From assembly GCA_947481115.1 (NCBI GenBank), contig CANKEI010000002.1, forward strand, positions 1 to 39,511: DNA of 39,511 bases, in the 5' to 3' direction. Origin of the DNA: a bacterium. GTDB taxonomy: Bacteria > Babelota > Babeliae > Babelales > JABDEC01. This document shows positions 25,479 to 32,644 of this stretch, piece after piece. Made by a program: the position numbers and the translations under genes. Below the pieces are notes generated by a model. The model was not told the origin of the DNA and made no database searches. It saw only the letters and a program-made list of their open reading frames with translations. How positions within the stretch are numbered: position 1 is the first letter of the stretch; each line of letters starts with the position of its first letter.

Positions 25479-26579
25479 GTGAACGGAATTCGTTTAGTTA
25501 ATATCGATAAAAAGCTAAGTGGTGCGCAGGTGCTGCAGGAATTTAATCTTAATATTCCTGGCGGCAGCTTTTTTGCATTACTGGGGCCCAGCGGATGTGG
25601 CAAAACTACGCTTTTGCGCTTAATGGCTGGCTTTGAACATGTTGATGCCGGAAAAATTTTTCTAGGCACCGAAGATATTACTAATATGCCGATTAATCAA
25701 CGTCGCATAAATACCGTTTTTCAGAACTATGCTTTATTTCCCCATTTAAACGTTTTCGATAATATTGCTTACGGTTTAAGGCTAAAAAATTTTAGCCTTA
25801 AAGATATTAAAATTAAAGTTGAGCAAGTATTAACCGCCGTGCATATGGAACAATTTGCTGATCGCGATGTAACTTTACTATCCGGTGGCCAGCAGCAGCG
25901 GGTAGCTTTAGCCCGTGCAATTGTAAATGAGCCGGCAGTTTTATTGCTAGATGAGCCTTTGGCAGCGTTAGATTTGCAGCTACGCGAAAAAATGTTAGTT
26001 GAATTAATTGAACTCCAGTCACAGCTTAAAACTACTTTTGTTTATGTTACGCATGATCAAACTGAAGCGTTAGCTGTAGCAGATTACATGGTCATTATGG
26101 GCCCGCAGGGTGTCATTGAGCAAGTAGGTGCACCGAAAGATATTTACGAATATCCGGCGACCAGTTTTGTGGCTAACTTTGTTGGTTCTTCGAATGTTTT
26201 TAAGGGTACACTCTTAGCGAGCGAGGTCGAAGAACATTGGGAATTAATGGTTGACCAAGTGGGTAACTTTACGATTGCTACTCATCAAAGTGAATTTTGG
26301 ATGAAAGATGGCGCAGAATTATTAATGAGTGTGCGGCCAGAAAAGTTAGTAATTAGTAAAATGAGCTTAACTGGTTTCGATAATAGCGTAACGGGCATAG
26401 TGATCGCAATTATTTATCATGGTCGTTCTACGGAATATAACGTACGTTTAAAAATGGGCCAATTGATCCAGATTTTTGAACAAAATGATCAGCATGTAGC
26501 TAGCGCTGACCTCATTGATTATGATGATCAAGTCTATGTTTATTGGCATAGCAATGCTGCTACTTTAATGCCCAGATAG
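25479..26579 (+). CDS. potA: spermidine/putrescine ABC transporter ATP-binding protein
   Basis: Walker A GPSGCGKTT, signature LSGGQQQRVALARA, Walker B LLLDEPL, and a C-terminal TOBE-like domain. Confidence 0.88.
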   Translation: MNGIRLVNIDKKLSGAQVLQEFNLNIPGGSFFALLGPSGCGKTTLLRLMAGFEHVDAGKIFLGTEDITNMPINQRRINTVFQNYALFPHLNVFDNIAYGLRLKNFSLKDIKIKVEQVLTAVHMEQFADRDVTLLSGGQQQRVALARAIVNEPAVLLLDEPLAALDLQLREKMLVELIELQSQLKTTFVYVTHDQTEALAVADYMVIMGPQGVIEQVGAPKDIYEYPATSFVANFVGSSNVFKGTLLASEVEEHWELMVDQVGNFTIATHQSEFWMKDGAELLMSVRPEKLVISKMSLTGFDNSVTGIVIAIIYHGRSTEYNVRLKMGQLIQIFEQNDQHVASADLIDYDDQVYVYWHSNAATLMPR

Positions 26580-26586
26580 CACGATT

Positions 26587-27510
26587 TTGGGTCGGGTAGA
26601 AACTGTTAGTAGGTTTAATATGTTAGATTTAAAAAAAAAGTTTCTTAATCAACTGGGCTTCTTTGTAGGAACGCCGGCGATTTTATGGCAACTTTTATTT
26701 TTGTGGATTCCGCTAATTTTTGTATTTTATATTAGCTTTACGCCCGGCGCTACACCCATAATTAATCATTTTACTTACTTAAATTTGACCATTAATAACT
26801 ATTTAGAACTATTAGATTTTACGCATTTAAAAGTAATCTTGCGCTCATTATTTATAGCTAGTATTAATACACTGCTGTGTTTAACTATTGGCTATCCAGT
26901 GGCCTATTACTTAGCATTATATTTAAAAAGACTAAAAAGCTTGGCGCTATTTTTATTAACGTTACCTTTTTGGATTAATTTTTTAGTACACATTTATGCT
27001 TGGTTTTTTATTTTAGAACGGGGCGGATTATTAAATCAGCTTTTAATTTATTTGGGTTTGATCTCTGAGCCATTAACTTTTATTAACAGCCAATTTGCGA
27101 CAGCGCTAGTCATGTTTCATGTTTATTTGCCATTTATGATTATGCCAATTTATACGGTCCTAGAAAAATTTAATAAAACTTTAATCGAGGCTTCATTGGA
27201 TTTAGGGGCGACGCACTGGCAAACTTTTTGGCGGGTGACTATCCCCTTGTCATTTAGTGGTATTCGCACTGGGGCACTATTAGTATTTGTGATGAGTTTT
27301 GGTGAATATGCGATTCCAATTTTAATGGGCGGCAGCAAAACTTTTTATGTGGGTGGTTTAATTACCGAATATTTCTTGATTGCCCGCAATATGCCTAAGG
27401 GGGCTGCTTTCATGGTATTAAGTACACTGGGCTTAGGATTAGCTTTATTATTAATGTTAGGTTTTAACTTGCCAAATAAAACTAAATCTAAAATTTCAGG
27501 GGCGAGTTAA
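26587..27510 (+). CDS. potB: spermidine/putrescine ABC transporter permease
   Basis: Six-TM permease with an EAA-type loop (IEASLDLGATHWQTFWRVTIP). The probable ATG is at 26620. Confidence 0.85.
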   Translation: MGRVETVSRFNMLDLKKKFLNQLGFFVGTPAILWQLLFLWIPLIFVFYISFTPGATPIINHFTYLNLTINNYLELLDFTHLKVILRSLFIASINTLLCLTIGYPVAYYLALYLKRLKSLALFLLTLPFWINFLVHIYAWFFILERGGLLNQLLIYLGLISEPLTFINSQFATALVMFHVYLPFMIMPIYTVLEKFNKTLIEASLDLGATHWQTFWRVTIPLSFSGIRTGALLVFVMSFGEYAIPILMGGSKTFYVGGLITEYFLIARNMPKGAAFMVLSTLGLGLALLLMLGFNLPNKTKSKISGAS

Positions 27511-27514
27511 GCTT

Positions 27515-28279
27515 ATGCGAATCTCTAATCGCTTAATTTTGCCATTAATCGCGCTAGCCGTGTACAGTTTTTTATATTTACCAATTATTGTGCTAGTAAT
27601 TTTTTCGTTTAATAATTCTAATATCTTATCTTATTATTGGTCCGGCTTTACTTTAGATGCTTATGTTAAAGTTTTTCATAATCCGGAATTATTAGTCGCA
27701 TTAAAAAATTCTTTAATTGTAGCTACCAGTTCAGTTTTGCTAAGTGTCACCATGGGAGTATTACTAGTCTGGGGTTTATTTCAACAAGTTGGTCGTTGGT
27801 TTTCCGCTTTTTATATTACGGTCATGGTCCCAGAAGTAATTATTGCGGTAGGTTTACTAGGCTTATTCACACTACTTAATTTACCACTGGGGTTTCTCAG
27901 TTTAATTATTGGGCATACACTCATAGGACTAGGTTTTGTGATCCCCCTGATTTATGGCCGCATGCGTGAATTGGATTATCGTTTAATTGAAGCTTCATTA
28001 GATTTGGGGGCTACCAAATGGCAAACTTTTAAATTTGTAATTTTGCCGTTATTAGCACCAGCGATTATTTCAGCTAGTTTATTGGTATTTATTATTTCGC
28101 TCGATGATTTTTTAATTTCGTTTTTTTGTGCTGGGGCCGCTTCACAGACCTTGTCACTTTACATTTTCTCGATGATCAGGGCTGGTATTTCGCCAGAGAT
28201 TAATGCGCTATCAACGCTCATGTTATTAGTTAGCACAATTTTAGTGAGCGCTTTTTCAATTTTGGGTAATAAAGAATAA
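27515..28279 (+). CDS. potC: spermidine/putrescine ABC transporter permease
   Basis: Permease with an EAA loop (IEASLDLGATKWQTFKFVILP). Directly follows potB. Confidence 0.85.
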   Translation: MRISNRLILPLIALAVYSFLYLPIIVLVIFSFNNSNILSYYWSGFTLDAYVKVFHNPELLVALKNSLIVATSSVLLSVTMGVLLVWGLFQQVGRWFSAFYITVMVPEVIIAVGLLGLFTLLNLPLGFLSLIIGHTLIGLGFVIPLIYGRMRELDYRLIEASLDLGATKWQTFKFVILPLLAPAIISASLLVFIISLDDFLISFFCAGAASQTLSLYIFSMIRAGISPEINALSTLMLLVSTILVSAFSILGNKE

Positions 28280-28327
28280 AAATCATAAAAATAATAGTGG
28301 GACTAGATTACTAGATGGGATCTAAGT

Positions 28328-29566
28328 GTGTTTAAATATTTAATTCGTTTAGCCAGTATTTGTTTTTGGCTAGTTATAATTTTAGGTAGTTTGTATACCG
28401 CTAATTATTTAACGCAAAATATTTCTGAACCTAAAGCGATTAATATTTTCACCTGGGTTGACATGATCAATCGCGAGAGTGTTAGTGAATTTGAGCAGCA
28501 AACTGGTATCAAAGTTAATTTAAGTTATTTCAGTAACGCCGAAGAATTATTAACTAAGTTACGTTTAACTAATAGTCAAGATTACGATTTAATTGTCACC
28601 AATGATTATGCTATCGAGTCTTTAATTAAACATGATCTAGTGCAAAAAATTGATCATACTAAATTAAATTTTTGGTCACAAATTGATCCAAATTTATTAA
28701 ATTTTTATTATGATCCGAAAAACTTATACTCGATCCCGTTCTATTGGGATATTTATGGGCTGGGTTATGTTACAGAAAATTTAGGCCAAAAGCATCACCA
28801 ACAAAATTTACAGAATTTAATTTCGGATAATCACACACCAGCTTTAAAAGTTAAATTAAATACTGGAAATATACTAGATACCCCAGAGCTTAGTTGGGGC
28901 TTAGTATTTAATTCAGCACATAATTCACAAAATAATCTTTCTACCGCTCGTCCCGAACCCCGCTCACCCCGAGCGTCAGTCGAGGGGGGGATGTTGCGGG
29001 TACCTAATTCACAAATTGCTATGTTAGACAATGGCTTAGAGGCGGTACTGTGTGCCGGACAATATTTATTTGGTTCATCTGATAGTTTGCAACCAGCGCA
29101 ATTGCCGAAAATTCGTACATTATTAATTCAACAGAAAAATTTTATCACAGCCTATACTGACGAAAAAGCAGGCTTTTTACTAGCTGCTGGTGACGTACAG
29201 TTAGCAGTCACGCAAAGTGCTTTTATTCATCGTGTGATCAAACGACAGCCGGAGATTAAATTTGGGATCCCTAAAGAAGGGGGCTTTATGGTAGTTGATG
29301 CGTTTGTGATTTCCAAATATAGTACTAAACTTGACTGGGTCTATAAATTTTTAAATTTTATTTATCAGCCTAAATTTATTGATCAAACTGTGACTCAATT
29401 TGCTTATCTACCAGTTTTGACTAGCAGTTTACAACAAGCAGATTTAAATTATCTGGGTGGCTTTGATAAGTTGTTTAAGCAAGATTTTAAAAAGTTACAA
29501 TTTTTTAAGCGCAATTTACCATTACAAGAAGTAAATAAAATTTGGGTTGATGTTAAAGCTGCATAA
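28328..29566 (+). CDS. potD: polyamine-type extracellular solute-binding protein carrying a repeat-derived insertion
   Basis: Operon position after potABC, an N-terminal anchor, and a PotD/PotF-like N-terminal half (INIFTWVDMI..). The insert ..ARPEPRSPRASVEGGMLR.. is encoded by the repeat. Confidence 0.75.
   Translation: MFKYLIRLASICFWLVIILGSLYTANYLTQNISEPKAINIFTWVDMINRESVSEFEQQTGIKVNLSYFSNAEELLTKLRLTNSQDYDLIVTNDYAIESLIKHDLVQKIDHTKLNFWSQIDPNLLNFYYDPKNLYSIPFYWDIYGLGYVTENLGQKHHQQNLQNLISDNHTPALKVKLNTGNILDTPELSWGLVFNSAHNSQNNLSTARPEPRSPRASVEGGMLRVPNSQIAMLDNGLEAVLCAGQYLFGSSDSLQPAQLPKIRTLLIQQKNFITAYTDEKAGFLLAAGDVQLAVTQSAFIHRVIKRQPEIKFGIPKEGGFMVVDAFVISKYSTKLDWVYKFLNFIYQPKFIDQTVTQFAYLPVLTSSLQQADLNYLGGFDKLFKQDFKKLQFFKRNLPLQEVNKIWVDVKAA
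28944..28998 (+). repeat. long copy of the GC-rich palindromic repeat family, in-frame inside potD
   Basis: CCGCTCGTCCCGAACCCCGCTCACCCCGAGCGTCAGTCGAGGGGGGGATGTTGCG. Identical over 55 nt to the reverse complement of 14508-14565. Confidence 0.9.
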
Positions 29567-29592
29567 TAATATAGAACCATTAGAGAGCAAAT

Positions 29593-31743
29593 ATGTCAGA
29601 AGAAAATAAGTTTCAGTCGCAAAAATTTTATGTCACCACGCCGATCTATTATCCGACGGCTAAGCCACACCTAGGTTCATTATATTCGACGTTACTAGCT
29701 GACGTAGCTGCGCGTTGGCATAAATTGTTAGGTGCCCAAGTTTTTTTCTTAACTGGCACCGATGAACATGGTCAGAAGATTGCCCAAGCTGCCGAAAAAG
29801 CCGGAGTTGCGCCTCAAACATTTGTAGATAATCTAGTTGGTGAATATACCAGTATGTGGCATAAATATGAGCTGGCTTATGATAAATTTATTCGTACAAC
29901 AGATCCAGAGCATGTGCAAGCTGTGCAACTGTGGTTACAAAAATTAATCGATCGCGATCTAATTTATAAAGCTAATTACGAAGGGTATTATTGTACCCCC
30001 TGCGAAACTTTTATTACCGAAACTGCTGTGCGCGAGCAAGATCTAGCAGTAATTTTATGCACAGCATGTCAACGTCCAACCAGTTATTTAACTGAAGAAA
30101 ATTATTTTTTCAGATTAGCTAAATATCAGGACCAGTTATTAAATTTTTATGCGCAAAACCCCAATTTTATTGTACCAAAAGAGCGTCTCAATGAAGTTAT
30201 AAAATTTGTCGAATCTGGCTTAAGAGACTTATGTTTATCGCGTAGTACAGTCACTTGGGGTATAAAATTTCCGGGCGACAGTAAACATGTCACTTATGTC
30301 TGGGCCGACGCACTAAATAATTATATCTCTGGTGTAGGCTACGGTAATCCCCATAAAACAGTCGAATTTAATTTTTGGTGGCCCGCTGATTTGCATGTGA
30401 TGGGCAAAGATATTGTACGATTCCATGCGGTTTATTGGCCTGCATTTTTATTAGCTAGCGATTTGCCATTACCCAAGCAACTATTAGTCCATGGTTGGCT
30501 GAAAATCAACGATCAGAAAATGTCTAAGTCATTAGGTAATGCCGTTGACCCGGAAGAGTTATTAAAAACTTATGGTGCTGATCCAGTGCGCTATTATTTA
30601 GTTAGCCAAATGGCGATTACGCGCGACTCTGAGTTTAGCATTTTAGATTTAGAGCAGAAAATATCTAGTGATTTAGCGAACGATTTAGGAAACTTATTAA
30701 ATCGCACGGTACAGTTAGCAGCACAAAATAACTGTCTTAATTTGCCAGTAATTACTAATTGGTCTGAGAGTTCGCAAAAATTAAAACTTAGCGCACTAAC
30801 AATACTAGATAATTATGCCCAGTATATGCACGATAATTGTGCTTATTTAGCGTTAGCTGAACTTTGGAAATTAATTAAATTAACTAATGCTTTTTTTCAT
30901 GAACAAGCACCTTGGGTATTAGCTAAAACTGATAGTGTAAAATTTATCGAAGTTTTATCAGCAGTTTGTCACATCTTGCGTGCCATAGCGATCTTAAGTT
31001 GGCCCGTTTTGCCAAGCAAGTCACACGCACTATTACAACGCTTAGGCCAAAACAATTTAGCACTAAATTTAGCAGATATACATAACTTACTCCCGCTCGC
31101 CCCACAACCCGCTCATCTCGAGTGGAGCGTAGCGCAGTCGAGGGAGGGATGTGGCGAGCACAAACGTACTGTAGTTTCTAAAAATTTAATTCTCGAGTTA
31201 AAAAATAACCACTGGGATTTAGATTTTAATTTACAAGCTGGCGAGCCATTGTTTACGCGTTACGATCAAGTGAAAACTTTTATTAACCCGCTCACCCCGA
31301 GTGAAATTGAGGGGCGTTTAGGGTTAAGTAAAAAAAATAACTCAGAAAATAAAAAAGTTATCGAAAAAACCATTATGTCCACTGAAAATATTAATCAAGA
31401 AAATTTAATACCAAATTATATTACCATCGAAGAGTTAACTAAAGTTGAATTAGTAGTTGGCACAATTATTGCTTGTGATCCCATCGAAAAATCTGACAAG
31501 CTTTATAAGCTACAAGTTGATTGTGGTACTTACGGCGTCCGCCAAATTTTATCTGGTATAAAACAACATTTTGCGCCAGCAGATCTATTAAATCGGCAAG
31601 CGCTATTTGTCTTAAATTTGAAGCCTAGATTAATGCTAGGTTTAGAATCTCAGGGCATGATGTTATTAGCTAAAGACGCGGTCGGTAATTTACAAAGCAT
31701 GGCGCCGCTAGGAATTGTCCCTAATGGCACTAGATTGTCATAA
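29593..31743 (+). CDS. metG: methionine--tRNA ligase with a C-terminal tRNA-binding (EMAP/Trbp111-like) domain
   Basis: YYPTAKPHLGSLYS (HIGH-like), KMSKSLGN, zinc-knuckle Cys pairs, and a C-terminal VELVVGTI..KLYKLQVDCG domain. Repeat-derived inserts lie in the linker. Confidence 0.92.
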   Translation: MSEENKFQSQKFYVTTPIYYPTAKPHLGSLYSTLLADVAARWHKLLGAQVFFLTGTDEHGQKIAQAAEKAGVAPQTFVDNLVGEYTSMWHKYELAYDKFIRTTDPEHVQAVQLWLQKLIDRDLIYKANYEGYYCTPCETFITETAVREQDLAVILCTACQRPTSYLTEENYFFRLAKYQDQLLNFYAQNPNFIVPKERLNEVIKFVESGLRDLCLSRSTVTWGIKFPGDSKHVTYVWADALNNYISGVGYGNPHKTVEFNFWWPADLHVMGKDIVRFHAVYWPAFLLASDLPLPKQLLVHGWLKINDQKMSKSLGNAVDPEELLKTYGADPVRYYLVSQMAITRDSEFSILDLEQKISSDLANDLGNLLNRTVQLAAQNNCLNLPVITNWSESSQKLKLSALTILDNYAQYMHDNCAYLALAELWKLIKLTNAFFHEQAPWVLAKTDSVKFIEVLSAVCHILRAIAILSWPVLPSKSHALLQRLGQNNLALNLADIHNLLPLAPQPAHLEWSVAQSREGCGEHKRTVVSKNLILELKNNHWDLDFNLQAGEPLFTRYDQVKTFINPLTPSEIEGRLGLSKKNNSENKKVIEKTIMSTENINQENLIPNYITIEELTKVELVVGTIIACDPIEKSDKLYKLQVDCGTYGVRQILSGIKQHFAPADLLNRQALFVLNLKPRLMLGLESQGMMLLAKDAVGNLQSMAPLGIVPNGTRLS
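31093..31159 (+). repeat. diverged long copy of the GC-rich palindromic repeat family, in-frame inside metG
   Basis: CCGCTCGCCCCACAACCCGCTCATCTCGAGTGGAGCGTAGCGCAGTCGAGGGAGGGATGTGGCGAGC. Both termini are conserved. Confidence 0.7.
31287..31316 (+). repeat. possible core fragment of the repeat family inside metG
   Basis: CCCGCTCACCCCGAG matches 15 nt of the long-copy core and is followed by ..TGAGGGG. Confidence 0.35.
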
Positions 31744-31789
31744 GTTCGTGTCTTTATATTTTTTGGCACTATTTATTTTAAATTTAAAT

Positions 31790-32644
31790 TTATTTTAAGC
31801 TTGATGCTGTGCAAATTTTAGTATTTATCCCAGGGCCGTTACTACAAATTGCACCAGTAACACAATCACTGGAACTGTTATAACAACTGTTGCCTATTTT
31901 AATTTTGCATTGATTAGTGCTTGAATCACAACTTGTGCCAACTGCACAATTATTGTTTGGTGGAGTAGTATTGCAAGTACCATTCAATGGGATAGGGCAG
32001 GTGCTAGTATCACATTGCAACAACTCTGGAGTTTGGCAACAATCTTGATTATATAAACAAATAGTACTAGCTGTTCTGCAAGTGGTTACTGGTGGCAATA
32101 GAGCTGCAATAGTTGCTTGGTCAGTCTGATAGTCTATGGTACCTGGAGTAGCTGAATTAAAATGAATAATCACCCAATCTAAAGCAGTAGCGTCCATGAA
32201 CTTAGGTGGATAATTTACAATTGTATCTGGGTTGGCTCCACAAGCTAAAAATAGTTGGACTGCAGTTTGTGTGGGAGTTTTATTATAATAGATTCCATTA
32301 TTCGCTGCGATTATTAATGGTGGAAATCCAGATGTATTATTGGTATTCAGTAGGTCCAGCAAACAGTTATTATTTAACCAGTTTTGCTGATTAGTAGCGG
32401 GAGGTGCTACAGGTGTTGTTATGCCATAACCTTCATATAAATTGCGATTAATGTTGCTATTTATCCCGGTAAATACATTATAGAGTGTTATCAGATCGCA
32501 ATTAGCTGGAATCACAGTAGTAGAGCAAGTAGTCGATAAACTAGCTGGTGCTAGAGTACTAATTAATATAAGTATACTAATCAGTACTCTAGTCAAAAAC
32601 ATAGCATCTGTTTTTAGCAAAACCTTATATTTTAGCTTTGCCAT
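31790..32644 (-). CDS. secreted protein with one ankyrin-like repeat and a Cys-rich C-terminal module
   Basis: Hydrophobic leader (FLTRVLISILILISTLAPA), ANK-like PLIIAANNG..LFLACGANPD, and a C-terminal 90 aa with about 17 Cys in CxxGxxC-like spacing. An alternative start is at 32602. Confidence 0.6.
   Translation of the reverse strand: MAKLKYKVLLKTDAMFLTRVLISILILISTLAPASLSTTCSTTVIPANCDLITLYNVFTGINSNINRNLYEGYGITTPVAPPATNQQNWLNNNCLLDLLNTNNTSGFPPLIIAANNGIYYNKTPTQTAVQLFLACGANPDTIVNYPPKFMDATALDWVIIHFNSATPGTIDYQTDQATIAALLPPVTTCRTASTICLYNQDCCQTPELLQCDTSTCPIPLNGTCNTTPPNNNCAVGTSCDSSTNQCKIKIGNSCYNSSSDCVTGAICSNGPGINTKICTASSLK

Noticed and set aside
28831-29031. 66-aa minus-strand ORF inside potD.
   Set aside because: It is antisense to a well-supported CDS and consists mostly of the repeat element read in reverse. 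It is a shadow ORF.
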